From contig SJBG01000005.1 of the NCBI GenBank assembly GCA_004332195.1, positions 37,563 to 101,562 on the forward strand: a DNA stretch of 64,000 bases, given 5' to 3'. The notes below the pieces were generated by a model that saw only the letters and a program-made list of their open reading frames with translations, ran no database searches and was not told the origin of the DNA. The stretch comes from Desulfobulbaceae bacterium (GTDB lineage: Bacteria; Desulfobacterota; Desulfobulbia; Desulfobulbales; Desulfurivibrionaceae). Both the position numbers and the translations under genes were made by a program. The stretch's first letter is position 1; every line of letters starts with the position of its first letter. Shown here piece after piece: positions 18,650-29,501 of the stretch.

Positions 18650-21259
18650 TCATGACCCAGCGTCCACAGCTTTGCTAAAGGTGAGCTCACGATTCTCCGG
18701 TGAACGGTCAATGAGGATGGTGTCGCCCTCGGCAAAAGCCCCTTCCAGCACCTTCATAGCCAGAGAGTTCTGAATGTGACGCTGAATCGCCCTCTTAAGC
18801 GGACGAGCTCCGTAGCTGGGATCGTAACCGACCTCAAGCAAAAACTCTTTGGCGGCGGTAGTCAACGCAATCCGGTAATTCTGTTCACTGAGCCGCCGGG
18901 TGAGCAGGTCAATCTGGATATCAACGATCCGGCTCATGTCTTCCCGGCTCAAAGCGTGAAAGATGATGATCTCATCAATTCGGTTCAAGAATTCCGGGCG
19001 GAACTGGGCATGCAAAATCTCATCGATCCGGCTCTTCATCTCTTCCCGCCGTTCTTCCCCCAGATCCATAATCAACTGGCTACCCAGATTGGAGGTCATA
19101 ATTAGAATGGTATTCTTAAAATCCACCGTCCGGCCCTGACCATCAGTCATTCGGCCGTCATCGAGAATCTGAAGCAGAACGTTAAAAACATCGGGATGGG
19201 CCTTTTCGATTTCATCAAAGAGAATCACCGAATAGGGCCGTCGACGCACGGCTTCGGTCAGGTAACCGCCCTCCTCGTAACCAACATAGCCCGGCGGGGC
19301 CCCGATCAGCCGGGCCACCGAATGTTTTTCCATAAACTCCGACATATCAAGCCGAATCATCGCCTTTTGGGTGTCGAAGAGAAAAGAGGCCAGACTTCGG
19401 GCCAATTCAGTCTTGCCCACCCCGGTTGGGCCTAAAAAAATGAAAGAGCCCAGAGGTCGATTGGGGTCCTGCAACCCCGCCCGGGCTCGACGCACCGCAT
19501 TGGCAATGGCGGCAATGGCTTCCTGCTGACCCACCACCCGGCGGCTTAGTTCCTGGTCGGCTTGAATCAGTTTTTCCTTTTCTCCTTCCAGTAGTCGGCT
19601 CATGGGAATCCCGGTCCACTTGGCCACCACGGCGGCGATATCCTCTTCGTCCACCTCTTCCTTGAGCATTTTGCGGTCCTGTTGGATTTCAGCCAGACGC
19701 TCGTTTTTGACCACCAACTCCTTTTCCAAGGCCACGATCCGGCCATAGCGGATTTCGGCAACTTTACTCAAATCCCCCTGACGCTCGGCCTGCTGCTCTT
19801 CCCTCCTGGTTTCGTCGATTTTGGCCTTTACCTCACGAATTTCCTGGATGATGTCCTTTTCCAGACTCCAGTGGCCCTTCATGGCGTGCAGGCCTTCATT
19901 GCAGTCGGCTAATTCGGCCTCCACCTTGACCAGACGTTTTTGGGAGTGTTGGTCGCTTTCTTTTTTGAGGGCCTCACGTTCGATTTGCAGCATAATCTTT
20001 TTACGCTCGATCACGTCGATTTCGGTGGGCATCGAGTCAATTTCAATCCGCAGACGCGATCCTGCCTCATCAATGAGATCAATAGCCTTGTCCGGCAGAA
20101 AACGATCGGAGATATAACGGTTGGAAAGGGTAGCGGCGGCTACCGTGGCCGAATCCTTAATTCGCACTCCGTGGTGAACCTCGTACTTCTCCTTAATCCC
20201 CCGGAGAATGGCAATAGTGTCCTCGACGCTCGGTTCTTGAACCAATACTTGTTGAAAACGCCGTTCCAGGGCCGCATCCTTTTCGATGTACTTGCGGTAT
20301 TCGTTTAAGGTGGTGGCCCCGACACAGCGCAACTCGCCGCGGGCCAAGGCCGGTTTGAGCATATTGGAGGCATCCATGGAGCCCTCGGCGGCCCCGGCGC
20401 CCACCAGGGTATGAATTTCGTCAATAAAGAGTACGGTTTCCCCCTGGCGCTGCCGCAGCTCCTTGAGTACCGCTTTAAGCCGATCCTCAAACTCGCCACG
20501 GTATTTGGTGCCGGCTACCAGGGCCCCCAGATCCAGGGCAATCACCTGTTTGTCGCGCAGGGTATCCGGCACGTCGCCATTGACGATGCGTTGGGCCAAG
20601 CCCTCGACGATGGCGGTTTTGCCCACCCCCGGTTCACCGATCAGCACCGGGTTATTTTTGGTCCGCCGGGAGAGAACCTGAATCACTCGCCGAACCTCAT
20701 CATCGCGGCCAATCACCGGGTCGAGCTTGCCCTTACGGGCCACATCGGTAAGATTAAGGGCGTATTTTTCCAGGGCCTGATATTTGCCCTCCGGATTGGG
20801 GTCGGTAACCCGCTGGCTGCCCCGCACCGTCACCAAAGCCTGCAAAAAAATCTCGCGATTAACCCCATTTTGGATCAAGGCCTTAGCGGCGGCAACGTCC
20901 CGGTCGTCAAGCAAGGCCAAAACCAGGTGCTCCTGGCTGACATATTCATCCTGCATCTCAGCCGCCACCTTGAAGGCCCGGTCCAGCAGACGTTGCAACG
21001 ATGGCGCGGTATAAATCTGGCCATAGCCACTGCCACTGACCTTGGGCAAACGGCTAAGCAGGATATCGATCTCGGCGACAAGCTTTTCCCGACTGACCCC
21101 CATTTTCTGCAAAACCGGGGCAATTACCCCGTCAGCTTGCGCCAGCAGGCCTTTGAGCAGATGCTCCGGCTGTATTTCCTGGTGCTGCAAACTCATAGCC
21201 AGGCTCTGAGCTTCCTGCATCGCTTCCTGCGATTTCATCGTCAACTTGTCGAATTTCAT
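18650..21259 (-). CDS. clpB: Chaperone ClpB
   Basis: Two AAA+ modules ([16 protein letters not shown]), coiled-coil M domain, [16 protein letters not shown]. Confidence 0.98.
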   Translation of the reverse strand: MKFDKLTMKSQEAMQEAQSLAMSLQHQEIQPEHLLKGLLAQADGVIAPVLQKMGVSREKLVAEIDILLSRLPKVSGSGYGQIYTAPSLQRLLDRAFKVAAEMQDEYVSQEHLVLALLDDRDVAAAKALIQNGVNREIFLQALVTVRGSQRVTDPNPEGKYQALEKYALNLTDVARKGKLDPVIGRDDEVRRVIQVLSRRTKNNPVLIGEPGVGKTAIVEGLAQRIVNGDVPDTLRDKQVIALDLGALVAGTKYRGEFEDRLKAVLKELRQRQGETVLFIDEIHTLVGAGAAEGSMDASNMLKPALARGELRCVGATTLNEYRKYIEKDAALERRFQQVLVQEPSVEDTIAILRGIKEKYEVHHGVRIKDSATVAAATLSNRYISDRFLPDKAIDLIDEAGSRLRIEIDSMPTEIDVIERKKIMLQIEREALKKESDQHSQKRLVKVEAELADCNEGLHAMKGHWSLEKDIIQEIREVKAKIDETRREEQQAERQGDLSKVAEIRYGRIVALEKELVVKNERLAEIQQDRKMLKEEVDEEDIAAVVAKWTGIPMSRLLEGEKEKLIQADQELSRRVVGQQEAIAAIANAVRRARAGLQDPNRPLGSFIFLGPTGVGKTELARSLASFLFDTQKAMIRLDMSEFMEKHSVARLIGAPPGYVGYEEGGYLTEAVRRRPYSVILFDEIEKAHPDVFNVLLQILDDGRMTDGQGRTVDFKNTILIMTSNLGSQLIMDLGEERREEMKSRIDEILHAQFRPEFLNRIDEIIIFHALSREDMSRIVDIQIDLLTRRLSEQNYRIALTTAAKEFLLEVGYDPSYGARPLKRAIQRHIQNSLAMKVLEGAFAEGDTILIDRSPENRELTFSKAVDAGS

Positions 21260-21403
21260 GATTACTTACTCCCAACTGGAAAAATAGCGACCAACCCCGT
21301 CTCGTCTGGGTAAGACAAGAAAGAACAGTTAAAATTTGGAGTTAAACAACAGAGTAATGCTGGAACAGAGTAATGCCAGTTGAAGCGTAGGCTGATGAAC
21401 CAG

Positions 21404-21434
21404 AAGTTAAGGCCACCTGGCAACGCTGTCAAGG
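21404..21434 (-). promoter_or_regulatory. Candidate heat-shock promoter of clpB
   Basis: Minus strand CCTTGACA-N15-CTTAA; the same motif and spacing occur upstream of grpE. Confidence 0.4.
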
Positions 21435-21565
21435 AAAGAAACGATGACGCCTCCTGGTTGTTGCGCTTTTGAGAAGCAACCGCCAGGATGATTGCGGTGA
21501 GGGGGGATGGAGGATGGGCTTGGGTGGGGAACTTAGCCGATCAGGAGGTCATGGCTTTGGAAGAC

Positions 21566-22615
21566 CTACTGATCGCTCTGGTCGAGATAAACCCAGTCAC
21601 GACCCGTCGACTTGGCTCGATAGAGGGCCTCGTCAGCCCGCTGCAGCCACTCTTCCAGAGCCAGTCCCGGCCACCAGGGAGCAATGCCAAGGCTGATTCC
21701 CAACCGCTCACTATCATTTTCACCAAAACTCAAGGCCGCCACCGTCTGGCAAATTCGCTGAGCCATTTTTTTTACGCTCTGAGTTCCGCTATCAGGCAAG
21801 ACCAAAATAAATTCATCGCCCCCCATCCGGATCAGCAAGTCAGTGGTGCGAACTGTAGCGACAAGAGCGGCGGCCACTCGGCACAGAGCCCGATCGCCCT
21901 CGGCGTGGCCCTGGGTATCATTGAGCTGTTTGAAACGGTTTAAATCCATGCTGATTATGGTCAAAGGGCGTTGATAACGATCGGCGCTTGCCATTAAGCA
22001 ACCGATTCTTTCGTCAAAAACCCGACGATTAGCCAAACCGGTGAGAGCATCGTGACGAGATTGTTCGAAAATATTTTCGTATTCCAAAGCCCGCTGCAAT
22101 GGCTCTGACAGGATGTTAATCGTTCGGGCCAACAATGTAACACCATCGGGGTCAATCACCTGTTTGCGACGCATAACCATGATCTGACCGCTATCGTTAG
22201 CCAGATCCAACCGCCAACAACAACCATAATATTCGCCATCTCGAAAGCAGGGGTCATCAACATTCGCCAGACCCTCGTCGAGCAACCGAAACGCGGCCTG
22301 GATAATCTGGCGACGAACAGAGCCATGGTGGGAACAAGCAATATGCTTGCGAGTTTTAGCGGTATTGCGAAAAACTACCAGGTCATGCTCGATCTGCGGC
22401 ATCAACCAGACGGAAAAAGCTTCCAGCATCCCGGACAGATCTGCCGCCCCAGCTAAACGTGCCTGTAATTTATTGACCATGACCAACCAAGCCGACTGCC
22501 GACGATAATGGTCAAGCTGAACCAACAAGCTGCGGACATGGTTCTCGCTATCGGGAAATCCCGGGGTTAAACCGCTCAAGTCGATGTTTTGCCGCGTGGC
22601 AACAATAGCGTTCAT
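21566..22615 (-). CDS. Diguanylate cyclase (GAF-like N-terminus + GGDEF)
   Basis: DALTGLANRR, DLNRFKQLNDTQGHAEGD, RTTD I-site then GGDEF, ADEALYRAK. RBS AAGGAG before MNAIV (22615). Confidence 0.9.
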   Translation of the reverse strand: MNAIVATRQNIDLSGLTPGFPDSENHVRSLLVQLDHYRRQSAWLVMVNKLQARLAGAADLSGMLEAFSVWLMPQIEHDLVVFRNTAKTRKHIACSHHGSVRRQIIQAAFRLLDEGLANVDDPCFRDGEYYGCCWRLDLANDSGQIMVMRRKQVIDPDGVTLLARTINILSEPLQRALEYENIFEQSRHDALTGLANRRVFDERIGCLMASADRYQRPLTIISMDLNRFKQLNDTQGHAEGDRALCRVAAALVATVRTTDLLIRMGGDEFILVLPDSGTQSVKKMAQRICQTVAALSFGENDSERLGISLGIAPWWPGLALEEWLQRADEALYRAKSTGRDWVYLDQSDQ

Positions 22616-22874
22616 AGCCTGCTCCTTGACAACGAAAATCAAACAGTAGATGCATCGGACGACAACTAACCAAATCCAATATGCTATTTCCATGCCAAGA
22701 AACAGAAAAACTCTTCAAAAAAAGGAACAGCAGGTCTTCTTAATTGTGAAAAACAGCAAGTTGCAAGCAAAATATAAAGCTCAAAGGCATGACAAGACAA
22801 CACCGCCAATCGGCAAACCAAGTCACAGACAAACAGGGGTTTTGACAACAGAGGAAAACCAAAGAAAGACTAAG

Positions 22875-22915
22875 GGCTACCTTGAAAAATTAGCTATTTT
22901 GTTCGAGTTCAAGGT
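22875..22915 (+). mobile_element. Internally deleted MITE remnant
   Basis: GGCTACCTTGAAAAATTAGCTATTTTGTTCGAGTTCAAGGT: the left end of the MITE, stopping at the TTCAAGG shared by the internal segment and the right TIR. Confidence 0.8.
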
Positions 22916-22972
22916 AATTTTTACCACAGCGTTCAAACTTCCAGGGCAGAAGCCCACCGAACCTACCGTGGA

Positions 22973-23938
22973 TCAGTATTTTAGACCAACCTGCTCCCGA
23001 ACCCGGTTCAGGGTGGGTGTCGCCTTTTCCCGGGCCTTGAGCGCGCCGCGCCGAAGGATGTCCCGTACCTGGGTCGGATTGGCTCGCAACTGCTCCCGCC
23101 GCGCCCGGGCCGGTCGAAAGTAGTCCCACAAAAACTCCAGCAGCTCCAGCTTGATTTTCCCGTACATGGCCCCACCGTTGACATAGAGATTGCGAACATC
23201 AGCTAAACGGTCGGCTGGAGCAAACAACTTGAAAATATTGTAAAGATTGCACTTGTCTGGATCTTTGGGATCGGCCACCGGAGTTGAGTCGGTGACGATG
23301 GCCATTACCTGTTTTTTCAACTCTTTTTCGTCGGCAAAAATCGGGATGGTGTTGCCGTAGGACTTGGACATTTTCTGGCCATCGAGTCCCGGCACCACCG
23401 CCAGGCCGGTGTCGATAGCCGGCTCGGGCAGAACGAAGGTGTGGCCAAAGGCGTGGTTGAATTTGTTGGCGATATCGCGGGCCACCTCCAGGTGCTGTTT
23501 CTGGTCATTGCCTATTGGCACTCGTTCGGCCTGGTAAAGCAAAATATCGGCGGCCATCAGCACCGGGTAGGAAAAAAGGCCGTGACTGGCGGCAATCCCC
23601 CTGGCGATTTTATCTTTATAAGAGTGACAACGTTCCAATAAACCCAAAGGGGTGATGGTTGAAAGAATCCAGGCAAGTTCAGTCACCTCGGGCACGTCGG
23701 ACTGGATCCAAAAAACACAACGTTCCGGGTCCAGCCCCAGAGCCATAAAATCAATAGCCGCCCCCAGACTGTCTGCGGCCAATCTTGAGCCATCGTGCAC
23801 CGAGGTCAGAGCATGAAGATCAACCACAAAGGCATAAAGTTCGTTTTCCATCATGCTGACGATCATCGGCCGCATCATCCCAAAGTAGTTACCGATGTGC
23901 AGACGGCCGGAAGGTTGAATACCTGAGAGAACACGCAT
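22973..23938 (-). CDS. trpS: Tryptophan--tRNA ligase
   Basis: SGIQPSGRLHIGNY (HIGH), YPVLMAADIL, VPIGNDQKQH, KMSKS. Confidence 0.97.
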   Translation of the reverse strand: MRVLSGIQPSGRLHIGNYFGMMRPMIVSMMENELYAFVVDLHALTSVHDGSRLAADSLGAAIDFMALGLDPERCVFWIQSDVPEVTELAWILSTITPLGLLERCHSYKDKIARGIAASHGLFSYPVLMAADILLYQAERVPIGNDQKQHLEVARDIANKFNHAFGHTFVLPEPAIDTGLAVVPGLDGQKMSKSYGNTIPIFADEKELKKQVMAIVTDSTPVADPKDPDKCNLYNIFKLFAPADRLADVRNLYVNGGAMYGKIKLELLEFLWDYFRPARARREQLRANPTQVRDILRRGALKAREKATPTLNRVREQVGLKY

Positions 23939-23948
23939 GGCAAGGTTC

Positions 23949-23993
23949 CAGGGGGACAGGGGATCAGGGAAGTCAGGAGTCAGGAGCCAGGGA
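23949..23993. repeat. Heptamer tandem repeat (AGTCAGG-like) between dnaK and trpS
   Basis: caggggg acagggg atcaggg aagtcagg agtcagg agccagg. Confidence 0.6.
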
Positions 23994-24071
23994 ATCGACC
24001 ATCTAACCCGGGGACTATCAGACCCCTCTCTCCAGAAACAACCAAAACTAGCGGCGCTGTTGAGCTTTTTC

Positions 24072-26000
24072 CTATTTGACCTCTTCGTAGTCGGCGTCGA
24101 CTACGTCTTCGTCCTTATCAGGGCGGCCGGCCCCGGCCTCGGCCGCCGTCGCGCCAGCCGCACCAGCCGCGCCGGCGCTAGCCGCACCCGGTTGACCAGC
24201 CTGGGAGTACATTATCTCCGCCAATTTGTGCGAGGCCTGGGTCAGGGTTTCAATTCCCTTATTGATCGCCTCAACATCATCACCTTCCATCAGCTTGCGT
24301 AAGTTGGCAATTTCGCTTTCCACCTTATCCTTGGTCTTGGCATCGACCTTGTCTCCCAGGTCCTTAATGCTCTTCCCGGTGGCATAGACCAGGGAATCGG
24401 CCTGATTACGGGCCTCCACCAAGGTTCTGCGCTTGCGATCTTCATCGGCGTGCAGATCGGCATCTCGCGTCATCCGCTCAATCTCATCCTTGGAAAGTCC
24501 GCTGGAGGCCTGAATTTTAATGAACTGCTCCTTACCAGTACCCATATCCTTGGCTGAAACATTGAGGATTCCGTTGGCGTCCAGATCGAAAGTAACTTCG
24601 ATCTGGGGCAAGCCCCGGGGGGCCAGGGGGAGGTTGGCAAGATCAAAGCGACCGATGGTCTTGTTAGTGGAAGCCATCTCGCGCTCACCTTGCAGCACAT
24701 GGATTGATACCGCCGGCTGATTATCCGCCGCCGTGGAAAAAATCTGGCTCTTCTTGGTGGGAATGGTGGTGTTCTTCTCAATCAACTTGGTCATCACTCC
24801 CCCCAGGGTTTCAATACCTAAAGAGAGTGGGGTAACATCCAGCAACAGGACATCTTTGACCTCGCCCCTAAGAACCCCTCCCTGGACGGCGGCGCCTATG
24901 GCCACCACCTCGTCGGGATTGACTCCCTTGTGGGGATCCTGGCCAAAAATCTCCTTGACCTTCTGCTGGACCAGCGGCATCCGGGTCATGCCGCCCACCA
25001 GAATCACCTCATTAATTTCGGAAACGCTCAAGCCGGAATCCTTCAGGGCCGTGCGACAAGGACCCACGGTGCGCTCAATCAAGTCTGCCACCAGGGCTTC
25101 CAGTTTGGCTCGGCTCAGCTTAATATTGAGATGTTTGGGCCCGGAGGCGTCGGCGGTGATAAAGGGCAGGTTGATATCGGTTTCCATGGTGGTGGAAAGC
25201 TCCATCTTGGCCTTTTCCGCATCTTCCTTGAGCCGTTGCAGAGCCATTTTGTCCTGACGGAGATCAATTCCCTGGTCACGCTTAAATTCGTCGGCCAACC
25301 AGTTGACGATTCGCATGTCAAAGTCTTCACCGCCGAGGAAGGTGTCCCCGTTGGTAGCTTTAACCTCGAAAACCCCGTCGCCGATTTCCAGAATCGAAAT
25401 ATCGAAGGTGCCTCCACCCAAGTCGAAGACGGCGATTTTTTCTTCCTTCTTTTTGTCCAGACCATAAGCCAGGGCGGCGGCGGTCGGCTCGTTGATAATC
25501 CTCTGGACGTTGAGTCCGGAGATCTTGCCTGCATCTTTGGTAGCCTGACGCTGGGAGTCGTTGAAGTAGGCCGGCACGGTGATTACCGCGTCGGTCACCT
25601 CTTCCCCCAAATACTCCTCGGCAGTTTGCTTCATTTTGGTCAGCACCATGGCGGCAATTTCCGCGGGAGCGTATTTTTTGCCATCCACCTCAACAAAGGC
25701 GTCACCGCCTGGACTCTCAACTATTCTGAAAGGGCTGATTTCAATACTTTTGCGAACCTCAGGGTCAGTGAACTTGCGGCCGACCAAACGCTTGATGGCA
25801 TAAAGAGTCCGACTGGGGTTGGTCACCGCCTGACGCTTGGCCACTTGGCCCACCAGGCGCTCGCCTGCGTCATTGAAGGCCACCACCGATGGGGTGGTTC
25901 GGTTGCCTTCGACGTTGGTGAGCACTTTAGGCTCGCCACCCTCCATAATCGCTACGCAGGAATTGGTTGTTCCCAGATCAATACCAATGATTTTACCCAT
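24072..26000 (-). CDS. dnaK: Chaperone DnaK
   Basis: [41 protein letters not shown]. Confidence 0.99.
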   Translation of the reverse strand: MGKIIGIDLGTTNSCVAIMEGGEPKVLTNVEGNRTTPSVVAFNDAGERLVGQVAKRQAVTNPSRTLYAIKRLVGRKFTDPEVRKSIEISPFRIVESPGGDAFVEVDGKKYAPAEIAAMVLTKMKQTAEEYLGEEVTDAVITVPAYFNDSQRQATKDAGKISGLNVQRIINEPTAAALAYGLDKKKEEKIAVFDLGGGTFDISILEIGDGVFEVKATNGDTFLGGEDFDMRIVNWLADEFKRDQGIDLRQDKMALQRLKEDAEKAKMELSTTMETDINLPFITADASGPKHLNIKLSRAKLEALVADLIERTVGPCRTALKDSGLSVSEINEVILVGGMTRMPLVQQKVKEIFGQDPHKGVNPDEVVAIGAAVQGGVLRGEVKDVLLLDVTPLSLGIETLGGVMTKLIEKNTTIPTKKSQIFSTAADNQPAVSIHVLQGEREMASTNKTIGRFDLANLPLAPRGLPQIEVTFDLDANGILNVSAKDMGTGKEQFIKIQASSGLSKDEIERMTRDADLHADEDRKRRTLVEARNQADSLVYATGKSIKDLGDKVDAKTKDKVESEIANLRKLMEGDDVEAINKGIETLTQASHKLAEIMYSQAGQPGAASAGAAGAAGATAAEAGAGRPDKDEDVVDADYEEVK

Positions 26001-26092
26001 GATTAATGCTCCTTGTCTAAAAATATCCCGGCTGATTAAGCCATTTATTATTCACCGTACTTCCGTGATCATTATTGCCAATTACGGCCCGT

Positions 26093-26725
26093 TCAGTCGT
26101 CAGTGCTGGCGCCGTCACCCCTGCCGCTGGAAACTACCACCTTGGCGGCCCGCAGCAGACGATCCTTGTAAAAATATCCCCGCTGGAATTCGCTGATAAT
26201 GGTATTGGCCGGGACCTCAGGGCTGACCTCCATGACTAAGGCCTCATGGTAATTAGGATCAAAAACCGCACCCCGACTATTCATGGCTTTGAGTCCGAAC
26301 TTCTCCAAAGCCCCGATCAATCCATTGTGCGTCATCTTCACCCCCTCGAGCAGGATGGAGGCATCGATCGCATTGCGACCCTGCTCAATGGATCTCTCTA
26401 GATTGTCCAACGGGGACAGCAACTCCTTGAGAAGATTCTCTTCGGCGTACTTGAGGGAAGTTTCCCGCTCCCGCTGAATCCGCTTTTTGTAATTTTCGAA
26501 CTCAGCGGCCAGCCGCAGTACCCGATCTTCAAGTTTGTGAGCCTCAGTCCGAGCCGCGTTGAGCTGAAACAACAAATCTTCGCCTTCACCAGCCTCGGTT
26601 TGCGCGGTACTCTGTAGTTGACCGTCACCCTCCGGCCCGACTTGCGCGCTTACAACCTTTTGCTTATCCTCCAGATTCTTATCCTCCAAATTCACGACGT
26701 CCTCCCGGGAGCTGAAAAAAGGCAT
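26093..26725 (-). CDS. grpE: Nucleotide exchange factor GrpE
   Basis: LRLAAEFENYKKR, LDNLERS, FDPNYHEA, GYFYKDRLLRAAKVVV. The start may be GTG at 26695. Confidence 0.96.
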   Translation of the reverse strand: MPFFSSREDVVNLEDKNLEDKQKVVSAQVGPEGDGQLQSTAQTEAGEGEDLLFQLNAARTEAHKLEDRVLRLAAEFENYKKRIQRERETSLKYAEENLLKELLSPLDNLERSIEQGRNAIDASILLEGVKMTHNGLIGALEKFGLKAMNSRGAVFDPNYHEALVMEVSPEVPANTIISEFQRGYFYKDRLLRAAKVVVSSGRGDGASTDD

Positions 26726-26895
26726 TGTTAAATGAGTATGGATTTGTAAAAAACCTGCCGGGTGTTTTTACCTGAATTATATCTGAGTTAGCTATCCAAA
26801 ATTAACAATGCCGAAAAAGATGTGACTCACCGCCAACAAAGTCACAACCAAACGATTTTTACTGACCGTAATATTGTGGTAATTCAACAGCCGGG

Positions 26896-26927
26896 AACTT
26901 TAAGTACGGCCTTTGGCCTTGTCAAGG
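26896..26927 (-). promoter_or_regulatory. Candidate heat-shock promoter of grpE-dnaK
   Basis: Minus strand CCTTGACA-N15-CTTAA, matching the clpB upstream motif. Confidence 0.4.
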
Positions 26928-27296
26928 CGCAACGAGGCAAAATATAAAACGATGGTGGAAATTCCGGCTCACCTTTTAATTTTTAAACGGTCTGCGTGGT
27001 AGCCGGGCCACCGGTGGAGTCGGCAGTGTCTGTATATGTAAAAGTGCCAGCGAATTCTAGGTTGTCTGTGGCAAACCAGTTTAAAAAAAGTCTCTATGCC
27101 TTGCGTTTCAGTCTTGCCGGGTAACTGATTGTAAGCAGAGCCTGAATCCAGAATATCACTCGTTCAATAATAACAGTTAATAAAGGTAGCCTTAAATCTT
27201 GCTTGGTTATCAAAGTTGCCACCTGTTCGCCTACAGAACCTCCTGCAGCCGCAGTCCATAAGAATAGACAAAAAACTGAACTCCCGTCCTTTAATT

Positions 27297-28208
27297 TTAG
27301 TGACATGTTCGACAATCGGAAAGCAGTTTGCCGTTTTTGGTCGGTCGGGTGATCAGGATACCGCCGACTAAAATCGGCAAAACCCCGGCCAACTGCCAGT
27401 TTCTTGGAACCTCATTAAGAATGAAGAAGGCAAAAATCATGGTGAATAAAGGAGAGAGGGCGGCCATGGCGCTGATTTTGGTGATACTCAGGCGATGCAG
27501 GCTTTCGATCCAAAATATTTTGGACAAACCCATTAAAAAAACTCCGTTGATCAGCAACAGCCACCAGGTGGCGGCCAAGTCCGGCATCGTGAGCGGCGGG
27601 GCGTACAAACAGGACAGCAGCAGCAGAATCGGCAGACTGCTGACATTGCGGACAAAGAGCAGAGTGGTGGCGTGGACTCGGCGGCGGGCCCGCTGCTGAT
27701 AACGGTTGGCTATCGGCGCAACCATGGCGGCCAGCAATATCAGGATGTCACCCTTGTTGAGGCTTAAATCGTCGGGGAAGATCACCATGATGGCCCCGAC
27801 TCCCATCAGGGCCGCGCCGACTAAATGGGCCCAACCTATGGCCTCACCCCGCAGGAGATTGAAGTAGAGGAAGGCGAAAAAAAGCTGAAAGAAGAGGAGC
27901 AGGGCCGCGTTGCCCGCGGTGGTGAAGGCAAGTCCGACAAAAAGCAGGATAAAAAGCAGCATGGTGTAAAATGATGCCCAGGCCAGATCCGCCCAGGCCT
28001 CACGGCGGCGCAACTCGGGCCACCGGCTTGATCGCCTGCGCCCACCAAACATCAAGAAACCGAAAAAAACTCCGGCCACGGCAATGCTGATCGTCATGGT
28101 CCAGAGGGGGGCCAAGAAGCGGTAAGTAAGAAGAGTGACAATGGGAAACCAGCCCCAGAGGATGCTTTCTCCCAACAAAAACAACTCGCCCTGTCGTTGT
28201 TGGTTCAT
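27297..28208 (-). CDS. EamA/DMT family transporter
   Basis: About 10 hydrophobic segments in two repeats; LWGWFP, TTAGNAALL, SALSPLFT-type signatures. Confidence 0.88.
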   Translation of the reverse strand: MNQQRQGELFLLGESILWGWFPIVTLLTYRFLAPLWTMTISIAVAGVFFGFLMFGGRRRSSRWPELRRREAWADLAWASFYTMLLFILLFVGLAFTTAGNAALLLFFQLFFAFLYFNLLRGEAIGWAHLVGAALMGVGAIMVIFPDDLSLNKGDILILLAAMVAPIANRYQQRARRRVHATTLLFVRNVSSLPILLLLSCLYAPPLTMPDLAATWWLLLINGVFLMGLSKIFWIESLHRLSITKISAMAALSPLFTMIFAFFILNEVPRNWQLAGVLPILVGGILITRPTKNGKLLSDCRTCH

Positions 28209-29041
28209 CGTCGACCAATAAAACCGCGCAAGTCCGGGGCCACCCTGACCAGATGCGGGGAGGTCTTGATTTTTGCCGGGTCGATTTCTCCGTTAAGATT
28301 GATCAGATAAAGCCGGCCCGGTCCGCCGCCGTAGTAATTAGCCAGGTCAATAATGCCTCCCACCACCACCAGGCGGTGGGTCTTTATCCGATCTCGGTAA
28401 CGTTCCAGGGCTCGGGCCACCTGATAGTCAACATTGTGCTCCGCCTGTCGTAAGCGCCGAACGCTATCGTTACTATCATCACCGGCGCCGGCGCCACCAC
28501 CACTGCCATCGCTCGCGGCATCTCGTACCTCCATGCCGTAGGCGGGGAGGGGGGCCAAGGCCGTACGGAGCTGATTAAGTTCTCGGCTGATGGCCTCACT
28601 GGTCTGGGAAAATCCTCGATTGAAAAGTGCAATGGCTCTGCTGTCACTGTTACCGGTAATCAGCAAAACCGGGGTATGGCGGTGGTAAATGGCATAATCC
28701 AGAGCGGCGGCGGCTTGTTCCACCTGGTTGGCGAGATTACTGACCATCAAGATGCCTCCCTGCTGCCGGTCCCAGATCATTTCCGGTCCGATTCGGAAAT
28801 CAGCGTCAGCCAGCCAAACCAGGTGTGGAGCTTCCGTTAACCGCCAACCGGCCGGATCCGGATTTATCCCTTGCAGGGCTTGATGGTTGGCGTCCATAAT
28901 GCGACCAATCGTCGAAAATGGCGGAATTCCGGCCCGGATTTTGAACTGGGGTTGCCAATCAGGCGGTAATGCCGCCTGACTCAGGGTCGGCAAGAGGTAG
29001 CCCAACAGGAGCAAGAGTGAAAAAATCAGTTTTCCGGGCAT
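28205..29041 (-). CDS. Exported beta-carbonic-anhydrase-like protein lacking Zn ligands
   Basis: Signal peptide (...SQA), then LADADFRI...VSNLANQV...ALDYAIYH...LLITGNSDSRAI...EHNVDYQV...VVGGIIDL following the beta-CA layout. Confidence 0.7.
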   Translation of the reverse strand: MPGKLIFSLLLLLGYLLPTLSQAALPPDWQPQFKIRAGIPPFSTIGRIMDANHQALQGINPDPAGWRLTEAPHLVWLADADFRIGPEMIWDRQQGGILMVSNLANQVEQAAAALDYAIYHRHTPVLLITGNSDSRAIALFNRGFSQTSEAISRELNQLRTALAPLPAYGMEVRDAASDGSGGGAGAGDDSNDSVRRLRQAEHNVDYQVARALERYRDRIKTHRLVVVGGIIDLANYYGGGPGRLYLINLNGEIDPAKIKTSPHLVRVAPDLRGFIGRR

Positions 29042-29327
29042 GGCTTTCTGCTCTCAACGGTTAACAGCGCGGCTGCTTGTGCTTGTATAAGTAAGCGAAA
29101 CGACCGAGGGTCGGCCTCTGTTTTCAGAGTAACGCCTACCAACGACCGACGCATGGGTACTATATCAGAAAAAGGCGATGCTGAATAGGTCAACAAAGCC
29201 TTACGATCCTGCTGGCGAGGGCGTCACTTGAACATAGTAATCTGTTTATCTTTCCGGAAGATAAATTCATACAGGCGTGAAAAAGGGCAAGCGAGCTGCG
29301 TCATCTCAGCCTTGACACGACACTAGA

Positions 29328-29467
29328 GGCCGCCTTGAAAAATTAGCTATTTTGTTCGAGTTTACGGCATGCGAAAAAATTACCGCAGGCATATGGTTGA
29401 TATTCCGAGGATAATTTTTTGAGCATAACGCAGAAATCGGACGAAAGAGCAATTTTTCAAGGTGGCC
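29328..29467 (+). mobile_element. MITE copy 2 (140 bp, TSD TAGA)
   Basis: TAGA-GGCCGCCTTGAAAAATT...AATTTTTCAAGGTGGCC-TAGA. Confidence 0.93.
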
Positions 29468-29501
29468 TAGAGTCTTCACCAACCGTTGAGAGGTAAAACC
29501 C

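Noticed and set aside
21407-21418. TTAA-GGCCACCT upstream of clpB as another MITE end
   Set aside because: Only 8 bases of the TIR match and no element body follows; indistinguishable from chance.
24930-26006. Long antisense ORFs opposite dnaK, clpB (20411-21313), mnmE (31613-32527), the GGDEF gene (46629-47465) and groEL
   Set aside because: These are expected shadows of GC-rich codon usage, with no recognisable motifs or RBS.
27015-27045. CIRCE-like inverted repeat upstream of grpE (CGGCAGTG...AAGTGCCAG)
   Set aside because: The spacer is 13 nt rather than 9 and the arms match the consensus poorly.
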